Shown here: piece after piece, positions 1 to 11,090 of the stretch
How positions within the stretch are numbered: the stretch's first letter is position 1
Layout: each line of letters begins with the position of its first letter
NCBI GenBank assembly: GCA_963845755.1
Contig: CAWJTV010000034.1
Span: forward strand, 256,001-320,000
DNA length: 64,000 bases
DNA from: an uncultured Planctomycetota bacterium
GTDB lineage: Bacteria; Planctomycetota; Planctomycetia; Isosphaerales; Isosphaeraceae
Reading direction: 5' to 3'
Made by a program: the position numbers and the translations under genes
The notes under the pieces: model-generated
What the model saw: only the letters and a program-made list of their open reading frames with translations
Database searches by the model: none
What the model was told of the DNA's origin: nothing

Positions 1-788
1 TTCGCGACGTTCGAGAAGAGGTCGGCCTCTCCACTCTCGATCACCCCACGGATCAGGCCGGAGATCGCGCCGAGATCGCGCTCATCCGCCACCGAAGCCA
101 TCTGCACCCGAGACGACGCGCCCGCATCCGAGCCGTCCCCGGTCTCGATCCAGGCCATCTCGGTTCGCCATCGATCCGGCGCGTTCTCGACGATCAGCGC
201 GACCGCGCACAGGTCGCCCAGGAAGGGCACGGCCTGACGCGCCAGCCCGCGCGGGATCGCTTCGTAGTCGAGCGATCGCACCAGCACGGTGCTCGCCTCG
301 GCCAGGAACTCCGAGCGGCGCGTGGCCTCTTCGGCCGCCGCCCGTGCCGCCTGCGCCCTCGCCAGCGCAACGTGCTCCTCCGCCTGCCGCTTCACCTGCT
401 GCGTCTTCTTGTACAAATCCACGAATACGCCAACCTTGGTCCGTAGGATCTCCGGCACCACCGGCGTGAGGATATAGTCAACCGCGCCCAGCGAATAGCC
501 CTGGGCCGTGTGCATCTCGTCGCTGAAGGCCGTGATGAAGATGATCGGTGTATGGATGGTTTGCCGGCGGCTCCGGATCATCGCGGCCGTCTCCAGGCCG
601 TCCATGTCCGGCATATGCACGTCCAGCAGGATCACCGCGAATTCCTTATCCAGCAGATGCCGCAGCGCCTCCCGGCCGGACCGCGCCTCGACCACGTTCT
701 GGTCCAGCCCTTCCAGGATGGTCTCGTAGACCAGGAGTTTCTCCTCCAGGTCGTCTACCACCAGGATATTGACCTTCTCGTCGCTCAC
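1..788 (-). CDS. Response-regulator receiver protein with coiled coil and following GAF-like segment (likely hybrid kinase/OsaB-like); runs off the window edge
   Basis: Manual minus-strand translation from GTG at 788: VSDEKVNILVVDDLEEKLLVYETILEGLDQNVVEARSGREALRHLLDKEFAVILLDVHMPDMDGLETAAMIR...PIIFITA...GAVDYILTP, then FLAEASTVLVRSLDYE. Possible frameshift near 165. Absent from the ORF track because it has no stop inside the window. Confidence 0.85.
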   Translation of the reverse strand, partial: MSDEKVNILVVDDLEEKLLVYETILEGLDQNVVEARSGREALRHLLDKEFAVILLDVHMPDMDGLETAAMIRSRRQTIHTPIIFITAFSDEMHTAQGYSLGAVDYILTPVVPEILRTKVGVFVDLYKKTQQVKRQAEEHVALARAQAARAAAEEATRRSEFLAEASTVLVRSLDYEAIPRGLARQAVPFLGDLCAVALIVENAPDRWRTEMAWIETGDGSDAGASSRVQMASVADERDLGAISGLIRGVIESGEADLFSNVA

Positions 789-799
789 TCGTTCGCTCC

Positions 800-925
800 G
801 GTAGGCAGCAGGCAGTCGGCAGTACGCTTTCGCGTGGGTCAAGGACAGATTGGCCCTCGAAGCGATCGCCCGTCCGCGGTATGTCTCCGGTCGTTACTGC
901 GTAACGCCTACCGCCTACTTCCCAC
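800..925. repeat. Two inverted clusters of 7-bp tandem repeats (GGCAGTA-like / CTGCCTA-like) between kinase and receiver genes
   Basis: ggtaggcagcaggcagtcggcagta at 800-824 and tactgcgtaacgcctaccgcctacttccc at about 895-923, roughly complementary. Confidence 0.55.
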
Positions 926-932
926 GATTCTT

Positions 933-3900
933 TCAGCGATGCAGCCACACGCGGAGGACCGAGAGGAGTTGCTCGGTATCCACGGGCTTGGAGAGATAAT
1001 CCCACGCCCCGGCCTCGATGCATTTCTCCCGGTCGCCCTTCATGGCCTTGGCCGTCAGGGCGATGATCGGCAGCGTGCCGAATTGGGGGAGCTTGCGGAT
1101 GACGCGCATGGTGTCGAGTCCGTCCATCTCGGGCATCATGATGTCCATCAGGACGATATCGACGTTGGACTGCGTCTGGAGGATCGTGATCGCGTCGCGC
1201 CCGGTCTCGGCGGAGACGATGATCATGTTGCGCCACTCGAGGATGCTCGTCAACGCGAAAATGTTTCGGATATCGTCGTTGACGATCAGCACTTTCTTGC
1301 CGGCGAGCACCTGGTCGGTCTGATAGAGTTGCTCGAGGGTCCTCCGCTTGACCTCCGGCAGCTTGTCGATCGGAGAATGCAGGAAGAATGCGGTCTGGTC
1401 GAGGAGACGCTCGGGCGAGGAGACCTGGCGGAAGACGATCGACGGGGCGAGGGTCCGTACCGCGTCGGTGCCGCCAGTCGGAGGCTGGTCGGAGTAGAGG
1501 ATGACCGGCAGGGCGACGGATGTCCCATCGCGGCGAAGCTGCTGGAGGAACCCGTCGGCCGTCATGTCGGGGAGCGACGAGTTGACGACCAGGCAATCGA
1601 CGTGATGGGAGTTGAGCATCGCCAGCCCGTCGCGTCCGTTCGGCGCCGTCTCGACCCGGAACTCGTCGCCGCCGATGGACCGGACAATCTGCTCGCGACG
1701 GACCGGATCCCCCCCGACGACGAGCAGCTCCTTGACCCTGGGGCCGATGAAGCCGCGCAGGGTGTCGAGCAACTGGTCCAGCGCGTCGCGATTCTGCAAC
1801 GGCTTGGTCAACACGGCGGCGGCACCATAGCTCGAGGCCCGGTCGTTCGCGTCCTCGGTCGAGATCACGCAGACGGGAATATGCCGCGTGTTGATGTCAT
1901 TCTTCAGGCGATCCATAACCCGCCAGCCGTCGATATCCGGCAGGCAGATGTCCAGGGTGATGGCATCGGGCTTGTAGTCGCGGGTCATGGCCAGCGCGGC
2001 GGCGCCGAGCGAAGTGACCAGGCCCTTGATCCCCTTCTCTCGCGCCGCTTCCAGCATGAGGCGGGCGAATGCCAGGTCGTTCTCGACGATCAGGAGCAGG
2101 GGGTCGCCGGGCTGGACGTTGTCGCGGTCATCGCCCACCTCATTGACGAGCCGCGATGTCTCGATGATCAGGGGTAGGCCGTCGGCGACCGGCGACATCG
2201 GCCGCACCGGGGCCGGTGTCAGCAATGCGGCGAACGCGGCCGATGCCAACGAGGGGGGCGCGGACCGGCTCGATCCATTCTCGGGGCCGACCGCGACCGC
2301 CCGCCGCGACGTCTTCTGATGGACGTAGTTCTGCGGCAGGAAGAGCGTGAACGTGCTCCCCTTGCCGGGCGAGCTGACCAGCCGGATCTCCCCGCCCAGG
2401 AGTCGCGAGATCTCGCGGCTGATCGCCAGACCCAGGCCGGTCCCCCCGTACTTCCGGCTCGTACTGCCGTCGGCCTGCTGGAACGCCTCGAAGATGATCT
2501 GCTGCTTGTCCGGCGGGATGCCAATGCCCGTATCCGAGACGGAGATCGCCAGCACGGCCGATGCCCGATTCAAATCCTCGTTGTCCGAGTTCCAGCCGCC
2601 GTGCACGGGATCCATGCTCAGACGCACCTGTCCCTGCTGGGTGAACTTGAACGCGTTGGAGAGCAAGTTCTTGATCACCTGCTGGAGTCGCTTCGCATCG
2701 GTATAGATCGCCTTGGGCAGCCCCTTGTTGACCTCGATGACGAAATCCACGCTCTTCGACTCGGCCACGTGGCGGAATGTCCGCTCGACGTAGCTGTGCA
2801 GGTCGGCCAGCCGGACCTCGCCCACGTTGACCACCACCGTACCCGACTCGATCTTCGAGATGTCGAGGATGTCGTTGATCAGCATCAGCAGGTCGTTGCC
2901 CGACGAGTGGATCGTCTTGGCGAATTCGGTCTGCCGCGCCGAGAGGTTCCCCTCGGGGTTCTTCGAAAGCTGGTCGGAGAGGATCAGCAGGCTGTTCAGC
3001 GGCGTCCGCAGCTCGTGCGACATGTTCGCCAGGAACTCCGACTTGTATTTCGACGTCACGGCCAACTGCTTGGCCTTCTCCTCAAGCGCCTGCCGGGCCT
3101 GCTCGACCTCCTGGTTCTTCCGCTCGACCTCCTGGTTCTGGTGGGCCAGGAGCCGGGCCTTCTCCTGGAGCTCCTCGTTGGTCTGCTGCAATTCCTCCTG
3201 GCGGCTCTGGAGCTCCTGGGCCAGCGATTGCGACTGCTTGAGCAGGTCTTCCGTCCGCATGTTCGCCTCGATCGTGTTGAGCACGATCCCGATGCTCTCG
3301 GTCAACTGATCGAGGAATGCCTGGTGCGTGGGGTTGAATCGTTCGAATGAGGCCAGCTCCAGCACCCCCTTGACCTGGCCTTCGAAGATGACCGGCAGCA
3401 CGATGATATTCTGCGGCACCGCATCCCCGAGTCCCGAAGAGATCCGGATGTAGTCGGGCGGTACGTTGGACAGCAGGATCTTCTGCTTCTCGAGCGCACA
3501 CTGGCCGACCAGGCCTTCGCCAAGCTGGAGCTGACTGCCCACCGCGCTCTGGCCCCTGTACGCGTAGCTGGCCAGGAGCGACAACTGGGCCGGTTCCCTC
3601 CCGGTATCGAGAATATAGAACACCGCATGCTGGGCCGAGACCACCGGCGCCAACTCGGAGAGGATCAGCCGGCCTACCGTGAGCAGGTCCTTCTGTCCCT
3701 GGAGCATCCGGCTGAACTTCGCCAGGTTGGTCTTCAGCCAGTCCTGCTCGCTGTTCTTGAGCGTGGTATCCTTGAGGTTGCGGATCATCTCATTGATATT
3801 GTCCTTGAGCACGGCCACCTCGCCGAGCGCCTCGACCTTGATCGAGCGGGTGAGGTCGCCCTTGGTCACCGCGGTGGCCACCTCGGCGATCGCGCGGACC

Positions 3901-6713
3901 TGCGTGGTCAGGTTGGCCGCGAGCTGGTTGACGTTGTCGGTGAGGTCCTTCCAGGTGCCCGCGGCGCCGGGCACGCTCGCCTGACCGCCGAGCTTCCCCT
4001 CCACGCCCACTTCGCGGGCGACCGAGGTCACCTGATCGGCGAATGTCGCCAGGGTGTCGATCATGCTGTTGATCGTATCGGCCAGCTCGGCGATCTCCCC
4101 CTTGGCCTCGACCGTCAGTTTCTGATTCAGGTCGCCGTTAGCGACGGCGGTGACGACCTTGGCGATCCCGCGCACCTGGCTGGTCAGGTTGCCCGCCATG
4201 AAGTTCACGTTATCGGTCAGGTCCTTCCACGTGCCGGATACGCCCTTCACCTGGGCCTGGCCGCCGAGCTTCCCCTCCGTGCCGACTTCGCGCGCCACCC
4301 GCGTCACCTCGGCGGCGAACGAGCTGAGCTGGTCGACCATCGTATTGACCGTGTTCTTCAGCTCGAGGATCTCCCCCTTGACGTCGACGGTGATCTTCTT
4401 CGACAGGTCGCCCGTGGCCACGGCCTTGGTCACATCGGCGATGTTCCGCACCTGGCCGGTGAGATTGCCGGCCATGAAGTTCACGCTGTCGGTGAGGTCC
4501 TTCCAGGTGCCCGCCACGTCGCGCACGTCGGCCTGACCGCCCAGCTTCCCTTCGGTGCCGACCTCGCGCGCCACCCGCGTCACCTCGGCGGCGAACGACC
4601 GGAGTTGGTCGACCATCGTATTGATGGTATTCTTGAGCTCGAGGATCTCCCCCTTGACGTCGACATCAATCTTCTTGGACAGGTCGCCGGTGGCCACGGC
4701 GGTCGTAACCTCGGCGATGTTGCGGACCTGTCCCGTGAGGTTACCGGCCATGGAGTTGACGCTGTCGGTGAGGTCTTTCCAGGTGCCGGCGACGCCCTTG
4801 ACGTCGGCCTGGCCGCCCAGCTTCCCCTCGGTCCCCACCTCGCGCGCCACCCGGGTCACTTCGGAAGCGAACGAGCTGAGCTGATCGACCATCGTATTGA
4901 CCGTGTTCTTCAGCTCGAGGATCTCCCCCTTGACGTCGACGGTGATCTTCTTCGACAGGTCGCCGTTGGCCACGGCCTTGGTGACGTCGGCGATGTTCCG
5001 CACCTGGCTGGTCAAATTGCCTGCCATGAAATTGACGTTGTCGGTGAGGTCCTTCCAGGTGCCCGCCACGTCGCGCACGTCGGCCTGACCGCCCAGCTTC
5101 CCCTCGGTGCCCACCTCGCGCGCCACCCGCGTCACCTCCGAGGCGAACGACCGGAGCTGGTCGACCATCGTGTTGATGGTGTTCTTGAGCTCGAGGATCT
5201 CGCCCTTGACGTCAACGGTGATCTTCTTCGACAGGTCGCCGGTGGCCACCGCGGTGGTCACGTCGGCGATGTTCCGGACCTGGGCGGTGAGGTTGCCGGC
5301 CATGAAGTTCACGCTGTCGGTGAGGTCCTTCCAGGTGCCGGCGACGCCCTTGACGTCGGCCTGGCCGCCCAGCTTCCCCTCGGTCCCCACCTCGCGCGCC
5401 ACCCGGGTGACCTCCGACGCGAACGAGCTGAGCTGGTCAACCATCGTATTGATAGTGTTCTTCAGCTCGAGGATCTCGCCCTTGACGTCAACGGTGATCT
5501 TCTTCGACAGGTCGCCGGTGGCCACCGCGGTGGTCACGTCGGCGATGTTGCGGACCTGGGCGGTGAGGTTGCCGGCCATGAAGTTCACGCTGTCGGTGAG
5601 GTCCTTCCAGGTGCCGGCGACGCCCTTGACGTCGGCCTGGCCACCCAGCTTCCCCTCGGTCCCCACCTCGCGCGCCACCCGGGTCACTTCGGAGGCGAAC
5701 GAGCTGAGCTGGTCGACCATCGTGTTGATGGTGTTCTTCAGCTCGAGGATCTCGCCCTTGACGTCAACGGTGATCTTCTTGGACAGGTCGCCGTTGGCCA
5801 CAGCCGTCGTCACCGCGGCGATGTTCCGGACCTGGGCGGTGAGGTTTCCGGCCATGAAGTTGACGTTGTCGGTGAGGTCCTTCCAGGTACCGGAGACACC
5901 TTCGACCCGCGCCTGACCGCCCAGCTTCCCCTCGGTGCCCACCTCGCGCGCCACCCGCGTTACCTCGGCGGCGAACGACCGAAGTTGGTCGACCATCGTA
6001 TTGATGGTGTTCTTCAGCTCGAGGATCTCCCCCTTGACGTCGACAGTGATCTTCTTCGACAGGTCGCCGTTGGCCACGGCGGTCGTGACCTCGGCGATAT
6101 TGCGGACCTGTCCCGTGAGGTTACCGGCCATGGAGTTGACGCTGTCGGTGAGGTCCTTCCAGGTGCCGGCGACGCCCTTAACGTCGGCCTGGCCGCCCAG
6201 CTTCCCCTCGGTCCCCACCTCGCGCGCCACCCGGGTGACCTCCGAGGCGAACGAGCTGAGCTGGTCAACCATCGTGTTGATGGTCTTGGCTGTCCTGAGG
6301 AACTCGCCGCGCAAGGGCCGATCGCTGATCTCCAGGGCCATGGTCTGGGACAGGTCGCCCTGGGCGACGGCCCCGATGACGCGGGCCGTCTCGCTGGTCG
6401 GATGGACCAGGTCGCCGATCAGGGTATTGACCGATGTCAGCGCCTCTTCCCAGGAGCCGCTGACGGCCCCGACGGAGGCGCGCTGGTTAATCTTGCCTTC
6501 CTTGCCCACAACCCGGCTGATCCGCTCCAGCTCGTTGGCCATCCGCTCGTTGAGCTCGATGACGTCGTTGAACGTGTCGGCCACTTTTCCGGCGAGGCCC
6601 GTCCAGTCCAGCGGCAAGCGTACGGTGAAGTCCCCCTTCTTCAAGGCGGTCAGGGCCATCAACAAAGCGGTGGTGTCGAGGCCCTGGACGGGCGACTCTT
6701 GCAGTGCCGGCAT
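933..6713 (-). CDS. Poly-HAMP hybrid sensor histidine kinase (HAMP array-GAF-HisKA-HATPase-multiple receivers; group III/Nik1/OsaA-like)
   Basis: 1926-aa ORF with nine copies of a 92-aa unit ([19 protein letters not shown]), H-box [15 protein letters not shown]-box [11 protein letters not shown] boxes DTGIGI and GGTGLGL, three receiver-like domains ending in [14 protein letters not shown]. Confidence 0.95.
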   Translation of the reverse strand: MPALQESPVQGLDTTALLMALTALKKGDFTVRLPLDWTGLAGKVADTFNDVIELNERMANELERISRVVGKEGKINQRASVGAVSGSWEEALTSVNTLIGDLVHPTSETARVIGAVAQGDLSQTMALEISDRPLRGEFLRTAKTINTMVDQLSSFASEVTRVAREVGTEGKLGGQADVKGVAGTWKDLTDSVNSMAGNLTGQVRNIAEVTTAVANGDLSKKITVDVKGEILELKNTINTMVDQLRSFAAEVTRVAREVGTEGKLGGQARVEGVSGTWKDLTDNVNFMAGNLTAQVRNIAAVTTAVANGDLSKKITVDVKGEILELKNTINTMVDQLSSFASEVTRVAREVGTEGKLGGQADVKGVAGTWKDLTDSVNFMAGNLTAQVRNIADVTTAVATGDLSKKITVDVKGEILELKNTINTMVDQLSSFASEVTRVAREVGTEGKLGGQADVKGVAGTWKDLTDSVNFMAGNLTAQVRNIADVTTAVATGDLSKKITVDVKGEILELKNTINTMVDQLRSFASEVTRVAREVGTEGKLGGQADVRDVAGTWKDLTDNVNFMAGNLTSQVRNIADVTKAVANGDLSKKITVDVKGEILELKNTVNTMVDQLSSFASEVTRVAREVGTEGKLGGQADVKGVAGTWKDLTDSVNSMAGNLTGQVRNIAEVTTAVATGDLSKKIDVDVKGEILELKNTINTMVDQLRSFAAEVTRVAREVGTEGKLGGQADVRDVAGTWKDLTDSVNFMAGNLTGQVRNIADVTKAVATGDLSKKITVDVKGEILELKNTVNTMVDQLSSFAAEVTRVAREVGTEGKLGGQAQVKGVSGTWKDLTDNVNFMAGNLTSQVRGIAKVVTAVANGDLNQKLTVEAKGEIAELADTINSMIDTLATFADQVTSVAREVGVEGKLGGQASVPGAAGTWKDLTDNVNQLAANLTTQVRAIAEVATAVTKGDLTRSIKVEALGEVAVLKDNINEMIRNLKDTTLKNSEQDWLKTNLAKFSRMLQGQKDLLTVGRLILSELAPVVSAQHAVFYILDTGREPAQLSLLASYAYRGQSAVGSQLQLGEGLVGQCALEKQKILLSNVPPDYIRISSGLGDAVPQNIIVLPVIFEGQVKGVLELASFERFNPTHQAFLDQLTESIGIVLNTIEANMRTEDLLKQSQSLAQELQSRQEELQQTNEELQEKARLLAHQNQEVERKNQEVEQARQALEEKAKQLAVTSKYKSEFLANMSHELRTPLNSLLILSDQLSKNPEGNLSARQTEFAKTIHSSGNDLLMLINDILDISKIESGTVVVNVGEVRLADLHSYVERTFRHVAESKSVDFVIEVNKGLPKAIYTDAKRLQQVIKNLLSNAFKFTQQGQVRLSMDPVHGGWNSDNEDLNRASAVLAISVSDTGIGIPPDKQQIIFEAFQQADGSTSRKYGGTGLGLAISREISRLLGGEIRLVSSPGKGSTFTLFLPQNYVHQKTSRRAVAVGPENGSSRSAPPSLASAAFAALLTPAPVRPMSPVADGLPLIIETSRLVNEVGDDRDNVQPGDPLLLIVENDLAFARLMLEAAREKGIKGLVTSLGAAALAMTRDYKPDAITLDICLPDIDGWRVMDRLKNDINTRHIPVCVISTEDANDRASSYGAAAVLTKPLQNRDALDQLLDTLRGFIGPRVKELLVVGGDPVRREQIVRSIGGDEFRVETAPNGRDGLAMLNSHHVDCLVVNSSLPDMTADGFLQQLRRDGTSVALPVILYSDQPPTGGTDAVRTLAPSIVFRQVSSPERLLDQTAFFLHSPIDKLPEVKRRTLEQLYQTDQVLAGKKVLIVNDDIRNIFALTSILEWRNMIIVSAETGRDAITILQTQSNVDIVLMDIMMPEMDGLDTMRVIRKLPQFGTLPIIALTAKAMKGDREKCIEAGAWDYLSKPVDTEQLLSVLRVWLHR
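3900..6290 (-). repeat. 276-bp near-identical tandem coding repeats (HAMP-pair units)
   Basis: gagctgagctggtcgaccat occurs at 4321 and 5701 (5 x 276 bp apart), with close variants at the intermediate 276-bp steps. Confidence 0.9.
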
Positions 6714-7615
6714 ATCATCCTCCCAGAAGACGCGAAGCAGCCAGCAACACGCGGACCACCGAGTCCATCATGTTGCCCCGGGCGCATAGGAGCGCCGACC
6801 GGCAATTCAGGGCGAATTGCCGGGCTCTCGATCGATCAGACATCTGCGGGAGAGCGCGTAAGAGACGGACATCATGTTCCGAGTGGGATTCCGGTCCGAC
6901 GGTGCCGGGTGAGTCGTGGAGGTCCCGATCGAACGGGACGCACGGTTCCACGCCGATCGAGAGCTTCCCACCATTCGTTCTCGGAAAACGGGTTTCCGGA
7001 TCCTGGAACTTGTGGTCAGGAAATCACATGCGCTCGCCCATCGACGCCACTCTCGAACGAACCGACCATATTTTCGATGCATGTAGCGATGCATGCGATC
7101 GAACTGCGCTCAATCCCGATTCGTCGCGATTTCGCTCAATCCGACGATTCTCGGTCCCCAAGCGGATCACTCGCGAGCATGAATTCCTGACGGTCCCGGC
7201 ACCCCTTCTCCGTCGAGTTCCAAGCTATGGAGCATAATTAATCGACTGAGCAACCGTCAACGGGGTGACGGCGGGTGCCGAAGAGCCTGGCCGGTCTACC
7301 AGGGGACCCAGGATACAAATCCTTGACGGGTAAGCCGATAAATCGAGCGAGCACGGCGGATCGATCGTGTCGCCCCCCTGAAAGCCGCATCGCTCCAGGA
7401 GGATCTTCCGGTCTGGCAGGTCTCCGAGCGGATCCGACCCGATCCGAGGTCTCTCTCGCCTGGCGGATCCGCCGTTCTTTAAATGATGTTCGTGTTATGA
7501 AATGAAGTTCGGAGTCGAAACCCTCGGAGAGGGGCGAACAACCAAGGCCGCGCCCGTGGGTCGCCGCCGCACGGTCGGCCAAGACCAGGTTCCGAAGAGG
7601 CTATTTGAGAATGAA

Positions 7616-7675
7616 GTAGGGTGGGTGAAACCCGCCAGGAAGCCCCGCGCTCCTGGTGGGTTTCACCCACCCTAC
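7616..7675. repeat. GTAG-type REP doublet (inverted pair)
   Basis: gtagggtgggtgaaacccgccagga / 10-nt loop / tcctggtgggtttcacccaccctac, 25-bp arms with one mismatch, downstream of the PEP-CTERM gene. Confidence 0.8.
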
Positions 7676-7767
7676 AAAGGCCGGTAATCGATGCGAACTT
7701 GGCGGAGACGTCCAAGGCCCTCGTGGCCGCCGGCCTCGGGCGCCATGTTAGGTTGGATACCAGACGC

Positions 7768-8916
7768 TCAGGAGACGAGCTTCCGACTGACCGCCGCCGC
7801 CCGGGCCTTCCGGGCTCGGGCAACCAACCCGACCATCGCCAAGGCGGTGAGCCCGAGGACGATTCCGCTCGGCTCCGGCACCGAGCCGGCGAATTCGCTC
7901 ACATTGATGAGTTCCGTACCACCGTTTACCGTGACGGACAGCCAGTCGCCGTCCGGCGAGATCCGCATCCATCCGTCCTGGAATGCAGCGTTCCCGTTCC
8001 AGCCCCAAGACTCACTGCCCAGGTTGGCGACAACCTGCCAGGTGTTGGTGTCGTAGACCAGTAGCGCATTGTTGGTTCCGGAGACATCCCAGTTCGCCGC
8101 GAACAGGTAGTGGGAATTCGGTGAGTAGACGGCGTACATCGGCAGGTCGCCGCCCGTCCCCAGGGTCGTCACCGACGTGAACGTCGATCCAGACAGGTTC
8201 AAGATTTCGGTACCAGAAAAGGTGGGCACGGCCAATTGCGTGCCATGAGCGTTCGCAGCGATGGTATAGAGGAAAGACGAGCCTATCGATGTCGAGGCCG
8301 AGATGCTGTCGGTCGCGACCGAAAACGCGTGCATCGGCCCCCCGGTCTGGTTCGACTCGGCCACACCGATCGTGTTCCGGTCGGCGCTGGCGGACAGCAT
8401 GGTGTTCTGGCGGAATTCGCCGCTCGGACCGCTACCACCTCCGATGATGGTGGTCACCGCGGTAGCCGGATCGTATTGGCGAAGAGGGGTCCATCCCGAT
8501 CCCAGGTCCTGGGTGGACAACAGCAGGCTTCCGTTGGATTCGTAGGCGACCGTGAAGCCCCCGCCTTCCTGGAAGGCGGGCGTGTAACTCACCGGAGTGA
8601 CGGCCCCCGTGGACGTGCTGACGAGATCGAACCCGGTGAAGGTCGTGTTCGCCACCGCCAAGGTCCTGCCGTCCGGCGAGAGGTCCATGCCGAGCAGGCT
8701 ACCCCCGACCGAGAACGGTGTCAGGAAGCTGCTGGTCTGCGTGTCGTACCGGTCGATGTTCCCGCCGCTCGTGCTGATGTAGAGGATCCCCGAATTACTG
8801 AAGACGTAGTCCTCCGCGCCGGTGATCGGGAGGACCTGGGCGAAGGCGGGGCTCGCGAGGCTCGAAGCGACGACCAGCACCGCCGTCGCCAAGATCGATC
8901 GATGAAACCATTTCAT
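7768..8916 (-). CDS. Secreted PEP-CTERM protein with YVTN/WD-like beta-propeller
   Basis: Signal peptide MKWFHRSILATAVLVVASSLASPAFAQ, propeller motifs (DLSPDGRTLAV, ISPDGDWL), C-terminal VPEPSGIVLGLTALAMVGLVARARK. Confidence 0.88.
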   Translation of the reverse strand: MKWFHRSILATAVLVVASSLASPAFAQVLPITGAEDYVFSNSGILYISTSGGNIDRYDTQTSSFLTPFSVGGSLLGMDLSPDGRTLAVANTTFTGFDLVSTSTGAVTPVSYTPAFQEGGGFTVAYESNGSLLLSTQDLGSGWTPLRQYDPATAVTTIIGGGSGPSGEFRQNTMLSASADRNTIGVAESNQTGGPMHAFSVATDSISASTSIGSSFLYTIAANAHGTQLAVPTFSGTEILNLSGSTFTSVTTLGTGGDLPMYAVYSPNSHYLFAANWDVSGTNNALLVYDTNTWQVVANLGSESWGWNGNAAFQDGWMRISPDGDWLSVTVNGGTELINVSEFAGSVPEPSGIVLGLTALAMVGLVARARKARAAAVSRKLVS

Positions 8917-9526
8917 GCGATTTCTCCATTCGATGTCTATCAAACTGTGATCGCGCACGACGCGTTCACCGGGCATCGTTGTCCCGGTTTTTGGGAATCA
9001 CCCGGCCATCACGCGTGAAACAACGGCCAGAATCAGGTGTTTTACGGACAGACCCAACCCTGCCCCGCGCGGCTCTTGGATTCCAACCACTCTTCGTCGC
9101 ACCGCATCCCGGACGTCTCGTGCGGCTCCGAAGAATGTATTAACGAAATGTTACAATGTCAACGACAGGGAACGGATTTCTCGAGACCTTCCAGGAAATG
9201 TTGATTTTGTACAACACCTGAACGATCAGGCTTCACCGACAAATCGCCGCAATGACAACAGGATTCATGACTTAGGGAATCGGACGATTGCATTAAGCCG
9301 AATTTTGTTTACTTATTCTCCTAATCGTGGCTATTATTGCACAATGGTTCTCGATTTGCAGACCCAGCCTTCGAACTTGCTCCCATGCCTGCATAGATTC
9401 TTATGGAGAGCGGTATCCTCGGACATCACCAGGGGCGTAGCGTTCCGGCGGCCGCCTCCCTCCGAGGCTAGCCCCAGCGCGCGGAATGAGGCGGCTACTG
9501 TCGAGCCAGCGCCGCCGACAAAAGCC

Positions 9527-10961
9527 TCAGGCCCCCGTCAAGGTTCGCTCGTACTTCGGGTTGTCGAGCCCTTCGAGCGGCCCGGTGCTGTCGGCGAACC
9601 GCGGCACCGACGCGCCGGCGCGGTCGAGCATCGAGACGTAGAGGTTACACAGGGGCGTATCCTTGCCATAGACGAGGTGTCGCCCCGGCGCGAGCCGGCC
9701 GCCGGCCTTGCCGGCGAGCACCGTCGGCAGGTTGTGCGGGTCGTGCTCGTTCCCATCGCGCAGGCGCCGAGCCAATCAGGACCATGGAGTGGTCCAGCAA
9801 AGTGCCGTCCCCTTCGCGGATCTGCTTCATCCGGTCGAGCAACTGGGCGCACTGCTCGATATGCCAGGTGGTGATCCGCTGATACTGGTCCAGCTTCTTC
9901 GCGTCGTTCTCGTGATGGGAGAACTGATGGTGACCGCCCTTCACGCCCTCGACGAATGAGAAGTTCTTGTTGCTGACCGAGTTGCCGAACATGAACGTGG
10001 CGATTCGTGTCGCGTCGGTCTGGAACGCCAGGAGGACAAGGTCGAGCATCAGCCGGACGTGCTCCGAGTGATTGATCGACCGCTGGCGGAGCCGGCCCGG
10101 GTCGTGGTTGTAGAGGTCAACCCGGCCGCCGAGGGTCGCGATGTCCTTGCGGGCCTGTGAATCGTCGCGATACTGGGCACGCCGGTCGCTCGCCTCGAAG
10201 CCGATCCGTTTCTCCACCGCGCGGACCGAGTCGAGGTACTCGTCCAGCTTACGGCGGTCGTCCTGCCCGACCCGTGATCTGAGGGCCTGGGCGTCGTCGG
10301 CGACCAGGTCGAGCACGCTCCGGTCGTCATCGCGGCCGGCGGAGGGGCTGGTGCCGGCATTCGAGCGGAAGAGCCGGTCGAAGGCCAGCTTGGGGTTGAT
10401 CTCGCGGGCGACCGGCGTCGTCGGGCTCGACCACGAGATGTGCGAGCCGTACAGCCGGGTGTAGCCGACGTTGGTATCCACGCCCGTGGTCACCGGCTCG
10501 ACGCCCAGCTCGAGCGAGGGGATCGGGGTCAACACGCCGATCCGCTTGGCTGCGAGCTGGTCGAGCGAGATCCCGCCCGCGTTCAGGTCGGAGCCCGTCG
10601 TGCGATGGATCGTCGTGCCGGTCAGCCAGGCGGCATCCTTGACGTAGTGGCCGTCGCCGGTGAACGTGCCCCGGTTGCTCAGGTGGGTGAAGATGAGCAC
10701 ATCGTCCTTGTGGCGGGCCATAGGCTGGAGGATCGGCGAGAACTCGAAGTCCTTCCCCTGGCCTTTCGGGGTCCAGGTTCGGGGATTGCAGCCGTTGGGC
10801 CAGAACAGGCAGGCCATCCGGACCGGCGGCCGGTCGTCGCCCGCCACCGCGCCGCCCATGGCCGCCGCCGGGCGCATGGCATCCAGCAACGGCAAGCCGA
10901 CCATTGCGCCCATGCCCCGAAGTACCGACCTCCGCGTAATCGGCCGATTCTTCTCGCTCAT
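9527..10961 (-). CDS. DUF1552-family protein (Tat-like signal); frameshift near 9770
   Basis: ITRRSVLRGMGAMVGLPLLDAM, PVRMACLFWPNG, SLELGVE, LAFQTDATRIATFM, GTLLDHSMVL; continues in another frame as DGNEHDPHNLPTVLAG. Confidence 0.85.
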
Positions 10962-10982
10962 GGCTGGGTCCCTTTCCTCTTT

Positions 10983-11054
10983 GAAGATTCCCGATTCTTT
11001 ATTCAAGATTCCCAAGGGGATGATCTCGAATCTCGAATCCGGAATCTCGAATCC
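10983..11054. repeat. Inverted clusters of 7-bp repeats (AAGATTC-like / GAATCTC-like)
   Basis: aagattc ccgattc tttattc aagattc followed by atctcga atctcga atccgga atctcga atc between the DUF1592 and DUF1552 genes. Confidence 0.6.
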
Positions 11055-11090
11055 CTTTGTGGGTGCGGCCATAGGCCGTGTTTACGGCGA

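Noticed and set aside
3900..6290. Repeat array as CRISPR or non-coding satellite
   Set aside because: The units are contiguous 276-bp in-frame HAMP coding repeats with no spacers.
3627..7190. 1187-aa plus-strand ORF and other long antisense ORFs (510-2177, 26528-28069, 51651-53135)
   Set aside because: Shadow frames of real genes on the opposite strand in high-GC DNA, with no recognisable motifs.
6714..7610. Riboswitch or ncRNA in long intergenic regions (also 34410-35090, 42640-43200, 54492-54895)
   Set aside because: Only generic GC hairpins were seen and no known riboswitch, tRNA or ncRNA consensus was recognisable by eye; an Rfam scan is needed.
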